Positions 1 through 12,323 of a stretch of DNA of 64,000 nt are shown here, one piece after another. Every line of letters begins with the position of its first letter. Positions within the stretch are counted from its first letter, which is position 1. The position numbers and the translations under genes were made by a program. Source of the stretch: Eledone cirrhosa. Its lineage: Eukaryota. Location of the stretch: positions 22,258,001-22,322,000 of the forward strand of contig OZ024764.1 in NCBI GenBank assembly GCA_964016885.1. Direction: 5' to 3'. Below the pieces are notes generated by a model, which ran no database searches, was not told the origin of the DNA, and saw only the letters and a list, made by a program, of their open reading frames with translations.

Positions 1-253
1 TATCAAACTCATTACATCATACTACAACAACAATTGTGTAGATCCATCATTCTTGCTAAAACTGGGGTCAACCTTGTAGGTTTTACCTAGGACAGGGATC
101 ATAAAACCAGTTTTCCATTTTTGAAGCAGTGTTTGAAGATTTTGTGTAAATTAAAGTTTTTCTCTTTAAACTTTCATTTATTATACTTTAACAGGTAAGA
201 TATATATTTGTATTTTTAGTAAAGGTTGGGAACTTCTGTAATTTAAACCTGCC

Positions 254-259
254 AATAAA
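254..259 (+). promoter_or_regulatory. Poly(A) signal of ZNF gene ending just upstream of window (copies 18862, 36378, 52268)
   Basis: AATAAA ~270 nt after each ZNF stop, followed by T/GT-rich TTTTGTTGTT. Confidence 0.7.
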
Positions 260-934
260 ATGAAAACTTTTGTTGTTAGTCAGACATTGATATTAATTCT
301 ATTGTCCTGTACATTGTCTCAAATATCACAGATTAAACAGATTTTAACAATAACAACAGAAATCAATAACTTGTAAGCCTAATATCTAGCTTCCATTTTA
401 ACTATTTGATATTGTTGTTCCTCTCCTGCCTCTTCAGGTCTTTTAGATTTCAACTTCTATCTACTGTACTATTCCATCACCAAGGCAACATTCATCTGGC
501 TGGCAGCTTACATCAACTACAGATCTCCAACCCTTCTTTCTCCAGATAGTCTTGTATCTGTCAGTCCCTCTATATCTTATATTTAACAGGGAGATCTTTT
601 ACTCTCCAACCCTTCTTTCTCCAGATAGTCTTGTATCTGTCAGTCCCTCTAGATATTACACCTAGTATCTAGTCTATGTTGAGTGGTACGTCCTTCTCCA
701 GTAAAGGAGTTAATATTCCCAACCATCTGTCTATCCTGTTTTCTGATGAGAATGAAGTCAATCTAGTTTATCTCTTCACCTGATTGAAGTAACTAGATCA
801 AGTAACTAGATGTTTTCCTGTAAGTTAGTGTTGCAGTGTAAGGTTTATATCTATTAATATAGAGATGTAGTAAAGTTTTCACTGTTGTATCTCTACTTTC
901 TAAATATCTTAATAATGTTTCTCTACTATTTCAG

Positions 935-1301
935 AATATCACATGACCTTGACAGAAAAGAGTCTTTTAAAGACAACAGAAAGATGTTACATACAAGTGA
1001 TATAAACTTGTTTAGTCTGTGGTGAATTATGGTGAAATATTTCTTCTGAATTGAGATAAATAACAACATATTCCTTTTTCACTGTCTGGAATATTTACAA
1101 GATGATTTTACACTCTGATTAAACTTTGGATATTTACAAAGGAGTTTTCAAAATATTTGGATTTGACAAAGATCACATTTGATAAAATTATGAACAATAG
1201 AAATATTTACATCAACATAGGAATATTTTCCAGAAGAGATGAGAATATCATTATACCACTGTAATATTTGTGGTAAAGTATTCTCTCTTCTTTATATGTA
1301 G
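935..1301 (+). pseudogene. Relic ZNF exon: acceptor, 5'UTR-like sequence and half finger (copies 19946-20312, ~37541-37903, 53432-53799, partial 5706-6635)
   Basis: TATTTCAG|AATA acceptor and downstream sequence resemble exon 2 of the intact genes; 1239-1301 encodes MRISLYHCNICGKVFSLLYM* versus [14 protein letters not shown]. Confidence 0.8.
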
Positions 1302-1381
1302 AATATCTAACTAAACACTTTAACTAACAAACTATTGTGCTATAGAATTGACAAACTTGAGGAATGTTTAATAAATGTTAC

Positions 1382-3560
1382 TGATAGAGGGACCAGCAGT
1401 GTTAGTCGAAGGTAGTATAATAAGTAAGGCAATCAAAGATATGAAGACGGGTAAGGCGGCTGTGCCTTCGGAAATAGTTGCTGAGATGCTGAAAGCCTCC
1501 GGTACGGTGGGACACACCATGGTCACCCGGATAGTAAACCAAGTCATACAGAATGGGGTTGTTCCGAAGGACTGGCATAGCAGCATCATCGTTAACTGTT
1601 ATAAGGGTAAAGGAGACGCCCTAGATAGGAGTAACTATAGAGGCATTAAATTAATCGACCAGGTCATGAAGGTCACGGAAAAAGTAATAGTGCAACTAAT
1701 CAGAGAGAGAATTGATCTAGATGAAATGCAGTTCGGGTTTGTGTCAGGCAAAAGTACCACAGATGCTCTTTTCATTGTACGACAACTACAGGAGAAGTAC
1801 CTAGCTAAAAGTAAACTCCTATACTTAGCTTTTGTCGACTTGGAGAAAGCCTTCGACAGAGTCCCCCGTTCCATTATCTGGTGGGCTCTTAGAAAACTAG
1901 GTGTTGACGAATGGCTTGTGAGAGCCATACAAGCCATGTATAAAGAAACAGTCAGCAAGGCTAGAATTAACAACGAATATAGTGAAGAGTTTAGCGTAAA
2001 AGTTGGTGTCCATCAGGGCTCTATTCTTAGCCCCCTACTATTTATTATTGCCCTTCAGGCTATAACAGAGGAGTTCAAGACCGGCTGCCCATGGGAACTC
2101 CTATACGCAGATGATCTAACGCTCATAGCTGAATCAATGGCCGAGCTAGAGAAGAAATTCCAAACATGGAAGCACGGCCTAGAATCAAAAGGCCTTAAAA
2201 TTAACCTGGCTAAGACTAAAGTTCTAGTTTGTAGGAAAGAAAATAAGGCGCCGGTCCCCTCCGGGAAATGGCCATGCTCAGTGTGTAGGAAAGGCGTAGG
2301 TAGAAACTCCATTTTATGTCCCAAATGCAAAGTATGAGTGCATAAAAGATGTAGTGGGATCACAGGTAAGCTAACTAAGAACACAGATTTTACATGGGGC
2401 CGGTGCTCTGGTGCAATAAGTAGCAGCAAGTGCCCAGAAAATACTAGCTCATTCAACTGCGCAGAGGGTTCTATAGAAATAGTGGACAGCTTCCGTTACC
2501 TGGGTGACAAAATCAGCAGTGGGGGAGGGTGCTCTGAAAGTACAGTAGCTAGAGTCAGAACTGGATGGAAAAAGTTCAGAGAGCTTATAATACTATTAGC
2601 CGCTAAAGGGTTCTCCCTAAAAATGAAAGGCAGGTTGTATGATGCCTGCATACGAACAGCAATGTTGCATGGCAGTGAGACCTGGGCATTGTGTGCAGAG
2701 GATATACGCAGACTAGAGAGGAACGAAGCTTGCATGCTCCGCTGGATGTGTAATAGTAATATACGTGAACAGCAAAGCATAAATGAACTAAGGAAAAAAT
2801 TAGAAATAAGAGGGATCAGATGTTGTTTACTCGAGAGAAGACTACGTTGGTATGGTCACGTGATGCGCATGAAAGACGACAACTGTATAACAAAGTGCAG
2901 GGCAATAAAGATAGATGGTAGCCATGGAGTAGGCAGACCCAGAAAAACCTGGGACGAGCTGATAAATTCCGACCTCACACACTTACACCTCTCCAAGCCA
3001 ATGTCACTGGACCGAGACCTTTGGCAGTACTCAGTAACAGAGAAGACCCGCCTTACCTAAATACAAAGTAAAACCTACTACAGTCAGTAGGCATCTCTAA
3101 CAAAATACACCCCCGTCCCACCACCCCCACCCCATCCACACCGCCCCTTTCAATGTAAAGTTATGTTGGTACCACAACATCCAGGCCGAAACAAACGAGA
3201 TTGTGTAGGTGCCACGACAAAAAAAACACACAGTCCACGCTGTAATGTGACCGTGTAGGCAACACGGTAAAAACCTCCCAGTCCCACACTGTAAATGTGG
3301 TTGGTGTTAGGAAGGGCATCCAGCTGTAGAAAACTCGCCAGACAGTCCACGTTGTAATGTGGCCGTGTAGGCAACACGGTAAAAACCTCCCAGCCCCACA
3401 CTGTAAATGTGGTTGGTGTTAGGAAGGGCATCCAGCTGTAGAAAACCCGCCAGACAGTCCTATGCGAGCAAGACAACCACTCTTGCCTCAAGTAGGAAAA
3501 CCCCCGTCCAAACCCATGCAAGCGTGGAACAGGGACGTGAAACGATGATGATGATGATGA
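1382..3560 (+). mobile_element. 5'-truncated RTE-clade LINE (RT, single internal TGA, (GAT)n tail), U1-specific
   Basis: ORFs 1375-2337 and 2338-3060 in one frame: QFGF, FVDLEKAFD, GVHQGS.LSP, LYADD, RWYGHV, GRPRKTW; empty site GTTAC|AGATTTCTCC in other units. Confidence 0.95.
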
Positions 3561-3605
3561 TTTCTCCAAACTGTCGTTTACTAACTTTAATTTGAAGCTA
3601 TATTA

Positions 3606-3829
3606 TCTATATACTACTAAAACTCTGTGATTGTGTCTTGTCCGTAATTTAATACAGCTAAAACGGTGCATAATGGGGAAATACTTTGAAAGGAATAAAA
3701 CAAGTTTTGTATAAATTGGAGCACAGGTTCCCAAGATACGGGGTTTTCTGGGTACCTTCATAAATATAGGGAGAGAAAGAGATAGTGGCGGTGAGAGAGT
3801 GAGAGCTGGTGGTGTTGTTTAATAAAATA

Positions 3830-3861
<32 letters not shown>

Positions 3862-4312
3862 CGTATGTGCATATATATGTATCTGTATATATATATATAC
3901 GTATGAAGCATATAGACAATATGCCCCCACACCTCCCACTGCAAGGTGGTCGTGGAGGTGCCACGGCAAAAAAGCACCGAGCCTACACTGTAAAATGGAC
4001 ATGTAGGCGCCACGAAAAAGCAGCCAGCACTCACTGTAAATGAGGTTGGTGTTAGGAAGGGCATCCAGCTGTAGAAATCAAGCCAAATCAGTTCCTGTAT
4101 GAGCAAGGCATGGTCAGCCGAGCAGACGCTGCCCACAACAGGACAACTCGTCTAACCCATGCTATCATGGAAGAACGGACGTAAAACGGTGATGATGATG
4201 ATGATATATACATATACGTATGTGTATATTTTAACTATTTAAAAATTATTTTAAATGACTTTTAAAAAATAGTGATTAAGGTACGTGACCCAACAGGTCC
4301 CGGGTGGTCTAG
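3606..4312 (+). mobile_element. Non-autonomous Helitron-like element (copies 20441-20808, 53928-54341; truncated ~6761-7005 and ~38033-38218)
   Basis: 5' A|TC start, 3' hairpin CGTGACCCAACAGGTCCCG then CTAG|T; no TSD; contains a SINE 3' fragment ~3920-4205. Confidence 0.7.
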
Positions 4313-4714
4313 TTTGTTACTAAATACTAGATATTAGAGGGTCATGTTGTTCTAGATGTGCTGGAAGAGCCATTCCATCTTGTGAGGCTCACACCAGCAG
4401 CTAGCCACCTCAGCACCTATGGTGGTATATTTATTATATTATTTATTCTTTATCATTAACATTAATATAAAAGATAATTATATATTTTTAGAGAAGAACC
4501 TCTAATTTCATATAGCTTAAGGCTTCAGTAGGTAAAAGTCTGGCCCTGCTTGTCTTGTATTTTTGGGGGAGAAGTTAGGGAATACTGTTATTGTGTGAAA
4601 GTTTTCTAAATCTTCAGCCACTAACATGGAGAAGATATTTCAGTAAGAAGGTTCACATCCTGACATCTATAGCTGTTAACAATGAGATTGGAATTCATTA
4701 TTAAACAAATGTTA

Positions 4715-5600
4715 TATCATCATCACTGTTTTACATCAGTTTTTTCACGCTGGCATGGGTTAGACGAGTTATCCTGTTGTAAGCATTGCCAGGTCAGGTG
4801 ATCACGTGTTGCTCCTACAGAACAAATTTTGGATTGGTTTCTACAGCTGGATGCCCTTCCTAGCACCAACCTTATTTACATTGAGTACTGGGTGCATTTT
4901 ACCATCTCACCATCACAACCTCTTTACAGTGTGGGCTGGGTGCTTTTTGTTGTGACACCTATATGACCACTTTACAGTGTGCATTGGTTACTTTTTGTTG
5001 TGACACCAACATGACCAATTTATAGTGTGGACTGGGTACTTTTTGTTGTGACACCAACATGACCATTTTAAAGTTTTGGCTGGGTACTTTTTGTTGTCAC
5101 CTGCATGACCGCTTTACAGTGTGGGCTGGTTTCTTTTTGTCATGTCACCTACATGACCAGTTTATAGTATTGGCTGTGTGTTCTTTACAGTGTGGGCTGG
5201 TTTCTTTTTGTTATATCACCTACATGACCACCTTATAGTGTTGGCTGTGTGTTCTTTGCAGTGTGGGCTGGTTTCTTTTTGTCATGTCACCTACATGACC
5301 ACCTTATAGTATTGGCTGTGTGTTCTTTACAGTGTGGGCTGGTTTCTTTTTGTCATGTCACCTACATGACCAGTTTATAGTATTGGCTGTGTGTTCTTTA
5401 CAGTGTGGGCTGGTTTCTTTTTGTTATATCACCTACATGACCACCTTATAGTGTTGGCTGTGTGTTCTTTACAGTGTGGGCTGGTTTCTTTTTGTTATAT
5501 CACCTACATGACCACCTTATAATGTTGACTGTGTGTTCTCTACAGTGTGGGTTGGGTGCTTTTTGTCATATCTCCTACCCAACCACTTTGCAGTGTGGGC
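4715..5600 (-). repeat. RTE-tail/SINE 3' end followed by ~48-bp minisatellite (copies ~7140-7560, 21210-21685, 38305-39015, 54530-54975)
   Basis: (CAT)n tail, CAGCTGGATGCCCTTCC RTE 3' motif, then repeats of GACACCTACATGACCACTTTACAGTGTGGRCTGGGTACTTTTTG. Confidence 0.8.
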
Positions 5601-5846
5601 AGTGAAATATCAGTAATGCACCAGCTCCAATATTCAGTAATCAGAAGAAGGGAGGTAGGCATAAAAGCCAAACTTGCTGTCTTCAATTAGGTTTTTGTGC
5701 CAACCCTTTGGATATTTACAAAGGAGTTTTCAAAATATTTTGATATTGACAAAGATCACATTTGGTAAAATTATGAACAATAGAAATATTTACATCAACA
5801 TAGGAATATTTTCCAGAAGAGATGGGAAAATCATTATACTACTAAT

Positions 5847-6593
5847 CATCATCATCATCATCATTATCAGGTTTAGCGTCCGTGTTCCACGCTTGCATGG
5901 GCTTGGATGGGGGTTTTCCCACTTGAGGCAAGAGTGGTTGTCTTGCTCGCATAGGACTGTCTGGCGGGTTTTCTACAGTTGGATGCCCTTCCTAACACCA
6001 ACCACATTTACAGTGTGGGGCTGGGAGGTTTTTACCGTGTTGCCTACACGGCCACATTTACAGCATGGACTGTGTGTTTTTTTGTCGTGACACCTACACG
6101 ATCTCATTTGTTTCGGCCTGGATGTTGTGGGACCAACATAACTGTACATTGAAAGGGGCGGTGTGGATGGGGTGGAGGTGGTGGGACGGGGGGGTGTTTT
6201 GATAGCGATGCCTACTGACTGTAGTAGGTTTTTACTTTGTATTTAGGTAAGGCGGGTCTTCTCTATTACTGAGTACCGCCAAAGGTCTCGGTCCAGTGAC
6301 ATTGTCTTGGAGAGGTGTAAGCGTGTGAGGTCGGAATTTATCAGCTCGTCCCATGTTTTTCTGGGTCTGCCTACTCCGTGGCTACCGTCTATCTTTATTG
6401 CCCTGCACTTTGTTATACAGCTGTCGTCTTTCATGCGCATCACGTGACCGTACCAACGTAGCCTTCTCTCGAGTAAACAACATCTGATCCCTCTTATTTC
6501 TAATTTTTTCCTTAGTTCGTTTATGCTTTGCCGTTCACGTATATTACTATTGCACATCCAGAGGAGCATGCAAGCTTCGTTCCTCTCTAGTCT
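5847..6593 (-). mobile_element. Short 5'-truncated RTE copy, same family as 1382-3560
   Basis: ORF 6243-6569 nearly identical to C-terminus of 2338-3060; (CAT)n tail; short TSD CTAAT 5842-5846/6592-6596. Confidence 0.92.
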
Positions 6594-7635
6594 AATATTT
6601 GTGGTAAAGTATTCTCTCTTCTTTATATGTAGAATATCTAACTAAACACTTTAACTAACAAACTATTGTGCTATAGAATTGACAAACTTGAACAATGTTT
6701 AATAAATGTTACAGATTTCTTCAAACTGTCGTTTACTAACTTTAATTTGAAGCTATATTATCTATATACTACTAAAACTCTGTAATTGTGTCTTGTCTGT
6801 AATTTAATACAGCTAAAACAGTGCATAATGGGGAAATACTTTGAAAGGAATAAAACAAGATTTGTATAAATTGGAGCACAGGTTCCCAAGATACGGGGTT
6901 TTCTGGGTACCTTCATAAATATAGGGAGAGACAGTGGTGGTGAGAGAGTGGGCGCTGGTGGTGTTGTTTAATAAATTGTGTGTGTGTGTGTATATATATA
7001 TATATACGTTTATTGTGTGAAAGTTTTCTAAATCTTCTTCAGCCACTAATATGGAGAAGATATTTCAGTAAGAAGGTTCACATCCTGACATCTATAGCTG
7101 TTAACAATGAGATTGGAATTCATTATTAAACAAATGTTATATCATCATCACTGTTTTACATCAGTTTTTCCACGCTGGCATGGGTTAGACGAGTTATCCT
7201 GTTGTAAGCAATGCCAGGTCAGGTGACCACGTCTGGCTCCTACAGAACCAATTTTGATTTGGTTTCTACAGCTGGATGCCCTTCCTAGCACCAACCTTAT
7301 TTACATTGAGTACTGGGTGATTTTTACTATCTCACCAACTCGACCACAGTGTGGGCTGGGTACTTTTTTACTTTTTGTCATGGCACCTACATGACCACTT
7401 TACAGTGAGTACTGGGTACTTTTTACCGTGACACCTACAGTACCACTTTACAGGGTGGACTGGGTACTTTTTGTTGTGACACCTACATGACCACTTTACA
7501 GTGTGGCCTGGGTACTTTTTGTCATGACACCTACACAACCTCTTTACAGTGTTGGCAGTGAAATCTAATGCACCAGCTTCAGTAATCAGAACATACATAT
7601 ACACACACACAAACAGAAATATATATATATATATT

Positions 7636-9706
7636 CAGTGGTACCTTGACTTACAAGTGTCCCAACTAATAAGTTTTTCGAGATATGAGCCCTCTTTCGG
7701 CTGATTTTTTGCGTTGAGTTCCAGAGTAAAATTCGGGTTACGAGTCAGCTTCAGATGCCCCGCCACTAGTTGGCATAGTGACCGCCACAGGCAATACCGT
7801 AACACCCGCCCGGCATCCCATGGCTTCGAAGAAAGTGAGGGTGAAGGACAGTTCTGAGAAGAAGAAGCAGATGATGTGTATTGAATTAAAGAAAGAAATT
7901 ATAGAAAAACATGACCAAGGTGTGTGTAGTGGACTTGGTGAAGTAGTACGAGCATAGCACTTCTATGATATGTACCATACTGAAGTAGAAGGACTTGATA
8001 ATGGCTATAACCCCAGCTAAGGGTGATAAAATAATTTCTAAACAGCGGACATCTATCCATGAAAATATGGAAAAGCTGCTGATGGTGTGGTTGACGGAGA
8101 AGCAGCTCGCAAGAGATACTGTGATGAAGATTATAATATGTGAGAAGGCACGAGCTATTTATGCTGATTTGCTGCAGCAGACCCCAGGTACTTCTACGGA
8201 CGAGCCATCGGCAAGCCCTTTAATGCCAGTCGGGGTTGGTTTTAGAATTTTAAAAAGAGGACCGGCATTCACTCCGTTGTCAGGAATGGTGAGGCAGCGA
8301 GCGCGGATATGAAGGCAGCTGAGGATTACCTCAAAACCTTTGTCAGAATTATAGCAGCCAAAGGATACATCCCTCAGCAAGTCTTTAACTGTGATGAAAC
8401 AGGACTTTTTGGGAAGAAGATGCCAAGGAGGACTTATATAACGGCAGAGGAGAAGAGGATGCCTGGCCACAAACCCATGAAGGATAGGCTAACCCTCGCA
8501 CTGTGTGCCACTGAGCGGTGACTGTAAGATTAAGTTGCCGCTCGTTTATCATTCAGAAAACTCCAGAACCTTTAAGTCACATAAGATTCTGAAAGAAAAA
8601 CTGCAGGTTTTGTGGAGGGCAAACCCGAGGTCATGGGTCACCAGGTAGTTCTTTGTGGAGTGGGTGAATTTGGTCTTTGGTCCTGACGTTAAAAAATATC
8701 TCCAGGAAAATAACCTACCCCTGCAAACCTTCTTGTTTTGGACAATACCCATCTAACAATCACCCACCTAACCTTGAAGAGTTCAAGTTTATAAAGGTCC
8801 TCTACCTTCCACCAAACACCACCCTAACCTACAGACCAAGGACCAGCAGGTACTTTCTAATTTCAAGAAGCTCTTCACCAAGCACCTGTTCAGTCGCTGC
8901 TTTGAAGTGACGGAGAGCACAAACTTCACCCTTGAGAGGTCTGGAAGGACCATTATAACATCGTGATATGCCTAAGAATTATCGATATGACCTGGCAGGG
9001 TCTAACAAAGAGGACCTTGACCTCTACATGGAAGAAGCTGTGGCCTGAGGTTGTGCCTGAAACAGACTTTGAAAGACTCGAACTCGAAGCGGCAGTGGTG
9101 GAGGAGATTGTACCCCTCGGTAAGTCCATGGGCCTAGACATGGATGAAGGTGACATCAACGAGCTCATCGAGGAGCACTCCGAGGAACTGACAACGAAGG
9201 AATTAAAGGAGCTACAGACACAGCAACACACGGAGTTTTTGCAGGAAATAGGTGACACAGAGGAGGTTATCTCAACAAGTGAGATGAAACAAACCTCATT
9301 AGACAGGTTTTTATCGAAAATCCCTGCAGATAAAAGTGAGGAAAGCGTGGCGAAAAGGGGCAAAAATCAGCGAATAAGATTCAGTTATTCAGTTCATCCT
9401 TTCTCCTCCGTCAACATCCTCAAGTCGTCTGATCTCCAAGATAGATGCTGTACATTATACTTAATAAAACCAGTTTATTGTAGTACATTCTATTGTATTG
9501 TTTTTTATATACAATATTTGTTATTTATAAGTACATTTTTCTTATTTAAAAACACGTAACAAAACAAACTGTGGTTTTGTGGGGTCTGGAACGGATTAAC
9601 GGCATTTTAATTTATTTCAGTGGGGAAAATTGATTTGAAATACGAGTAATTTAAGTTACGAGGTCCTCCACGGAACAAATTAAACTCTTAAGTCAAGGTA
9701 CAACAG
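7636..9706 (+). mobile_element. Degenerate Tigger/pogo DNA transposon (TIGD1-like)
   Basis: TIRs CAGTGGTACCTTGACTTA / TAAGTCAAGGTACAACAG; CENP-B HTH (MEKLLMVW) and DDE (VFNCDETGLF, LPPNTT) fragments with stops/frameshifts. Confidence 0.92.
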
Positions 9707-9731
9707 TGTGTGTGTGTATATATATATATAT

Positions 9732-9907
9732 GAAGGAACGATCGACTTTCGTCAAATCGGACCGAGGAAGCAATGTTTCCATTGGTCTTTCCAATTGCTA
9801 GTACTATCGGTCGCAACTCCAGGTAGAAGGAACAACGTGAAATAAAGTGTCTTGCTCAAGGTCATAACGCATCGCCTGGTCCAGGAATCGAACTCACAAC
9901 CTCAAGA
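9732..9907 (-). mobile_element. tRNA-derived SINE fragment (copies ~26163-26338, 41535-41710)
   Basis: Reverse strand B box GTTCGATTCC and CCTTGAGCAAGACACTTTATTTCAC core; matches plus-strand copy at 58638. Confidence 0.8.
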
Positions 9908-10504
9908 TAAATATATATAAATGAAGAATATAGAAATTATTGTAGCAAAAAGCCAACAGTATTCCATTTCATTTCATTTCATTTGAGTTTGAGTCCATGC
10001 TCAGGCCAAGTCGAAGACTCCACCCTCAATCGAAGACTCCACCCATTATATATATATATATAGTATAAAAGAGAAAACACAGGTAAGCATTAAGAGAAGG
10101 ATTTTATCCAGGTATTTACGACCGTTTCATTGGTAAGTGCAACCTTATATTTCTATCCTGCAAATAGCAGCCACTCAATTATAATTGTTGTTCACAGTCC
10201 AAATTTTCAAAATAGTAAGTTACTCTTGAAATAATTCTTAATATATAGAGAAAAACATTTATTTGGAATTGTATTTACTAGTATAGAGAGAGAGGAATAA
10301 GAAGGTGAGGGGACAGACGGAATAGTATAGAGAGAGAGGAAGGGGGAAGAGGTAGGAAGTAGAGTGACAAACTGAGATGGAGGGAGGGGTAGAGGTGGCA
10401 GGATTCTTTGGTCAGTTTTGACAGCAGACTTCATGTCGTGGAATGTAGTGAGTTAAAGAGAATTAAATTGATCATTTTTGGAGGGATGGATATATATATA
10501 TATA

Positions 10505-10643
10505 GTTAAATATTAGACAGGAACAAAAAACAGGCAGTGCAAATGGTAGTTTATACCGAGAGAGAGACAGACACATCTATACCCCTACTACAGTAAAACA
10601 TATGTAAGGGGAGACAACTCTCGTTACATCCCCCCTTCTTTTT
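10505..10643 (-). mobile_element. LTR relic with polypurine tract (copies ~27060, 42430, 58940)
   Basis: Minus strand AAAAAGAAGGGGGGA abuts TGTAACGAGAGTTGTCTCCC; GTTGTCTCCC also opens the solo LTR at 40836. Confidence 0.5.
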
Positions 10644-10859
10644 GATATACGTCCTTTAGATACTTTGTACAATGGAATCTGCTTTATTTTGTGTCCTAAG
10701 TAGATTTCTGTTTAAGTATTTACGAGATTCACAATGATTCACGTAACCAAGTTACTTACATAGAGACGTATTTCACATAGAATCACAACAAATGAAAATA
10801 TTAAGTCAACACTCTGTCAATCAGTCTCACATCACATGGGGTGCTGGAGTCTCCCTCTA

Positions 10860-11030
10860 ATTCTTTCTGAGACAGTCTTACCTCGAGTGATAGCAAGGCT
10901 AAGATGTTGGAACTACCAAACACCCTCATATGTATCACCTGACACCTCGGTAAGGAGAGCTGCCAAAGATAACAAGAACCTCGTTGTCAGGGACCTATCT
11001 CCTCCAAACTTCTCCAACACCACAGACTAG
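10860..11030 (-). mobile_element. CRE-like non-LTR retrotransposon C-terminal relic (copies ~27293, 42660, 59170)
   Basis: Minus translation EKFGGDRSLTTRFLLSLAALLTEVSGDTYEGVW*FQHLSLAITRG matches end of element at 14245-14420. Confidence 0.75.
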
Positions 11031-11269
11031 AATATTCTACTCTTTATTCCCTATCAAATATATTTCAGTCTAGTCATTTATCTTGTATGTTGTATATATA
11101 TTTTCAAAACTAACTGTCACATTTGTGAGACCCCAGTTAGTGATGTTTTCGTCTCCCTCCCACATCCTACATGCTGTAGTAAAAGTGAGGGTCACTGCTT
11201 CTGTAGACGAACGAAATAAAAGTTAAACTACCAGTAACTATCGGCAAAGTATTTATTCCAGTCTGTGAT

Positions 11270-11440
11270 GTTTGAGAAGCTGGGCTGCTGACAACGAAGT
11301 TGTGGTCACTGTTGGCGGCTGGCTTTACCGAAGTACCCGATGACTCTTGTGAGGGTACTTAGCTGTTCTGGCAACTTAGCCCCCATATGACCCGATCTTA
11401 CCGAAGTACCCGGTGATCTCTGTAAGAGTACTTAGCTGTT
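11270..11440 (+). mobile_element. CRE-like C-terminal relic with ~68-bp tandem duplication (copies ~27705-27872, 42925-43008, 59580-59822)
   Basis: Translates to LLTTKLWSLLAAGFTEVPDDSCEGT*LFWQLSP, homologous to the CRE terminus. Confidence 0.65.
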
Positions 11441-11521
11441 CTATTTTAATTACATTTACTGTTTTCAACGTTATTTTTTTTTATTACAAACTTTACATAA
11501 TTTAATTCGGTAAAAATATTT

Positions 11522-11663
11522 TTACGTCACAAAAAAACTTGACCTTTGACATTGAAGCATGCGCAGTGGTGCAGTTGTCGACTTCCTGTCCACGTGTTAG
11601 TCTTCCTACAACATCATTTAGACATTTCTGTAAATACTAAACACCTGAGACTATAATGTAAGT
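11522..11663 (+). promoter_or_regulatory. Candidate promoter and non-coding exon 1 of ZNF-A
   Basis: Clustered TTACGTCA (CRE/ATF-like), GCATGCGCA (NRF1-like), ACTTCCTG (ETS), CACGTG (E-box), then donor AT|GTAAGT at 11658; conserved in U2 and U4. Confidence 0.7.
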
Positions 11664-11679
11664 ATTATGTCTATTAATA

Positions 11680-11868
11680 AAAGGCAGTGGATTGGCAGTA
11701 TCGGTAGAGGGTCGGACGCCATGCTTTGACGCATAGAGTTACGGCCCTTGCCATTCTGAGTTCAAATCCCGCCGAGGTTAACTTTGCCTTTCATCCTTAC
11801 GGGGTCGATAAAATGAAGTACCAGTAATACACTGGGTAATTGCTGGCCTTGTGCCTAACGTAGAAACA
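11680..11868 (+). mobile_element. tRNA-derived SINE with Nin/Deu-like core, U1-specific
   Basis: 16-bp TSD ATTATGTCTATTAATA (11664-11679, 11869-11884); B box GTTCAAATCCC; core GCCTTTCATCCTTACGGGGTCGATAAAATG; empty site in U2/U4. Confidence 0.9.
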
Positions 11869-12323
11869 ATTATGTCTATTAATATTGTAGATTTAAGCTC
11901 ACTTTTCACATCACAAATATATATTTTCTTGTTTGTTTCATTACTGGAAATATAAAATGTTATCGTAATTATCTATATTTTACCTACCTCTAATTAATTA
12001 AAGTGAAAACTTTTGTTGTTGCTGAAAAATAAATTAAGAAATCTAATTATTTAAATATTCTAAAGGTCGTTTTTATATTATGTGATGATATAATTAATAT
12101 ATTTTATTACAATTGTATAAATTTACAGTAGAATAACGTTGTAAATATGTTTTAAATATATACATAAATAACATAAGTGTGTAAATAACATTATAAATTG
12201 CTGGCAATTCCTTGAGAAAGACATTACAAATATATTGTCTAAACTGTGTTTAATAATATAATTTATTGAGCAATAATGATAAAGGAAAGAAAAACACAGT
12301 GGGAGATGGCAATTGACCACCAA

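Noticed and set aside
3658-4136. IYIYIY-rich ORFs (also 29541-30572, 61472-61928)
   Set aside because: (TA)/(TG) microsatellite inside Helitron-like repeats
10070-10170. Possible Penelope-type hammerhead ribozyme on minus strand (GAAACGGTCGTA)
   Set aside because: No CUGANGA core or supporting stems found by eye
10836-11030. 64-aa ORF repeated in three units
   Set aside because: Antisense of a CRE relic; similarity reflects recent duplication and the U4 copy has a stop
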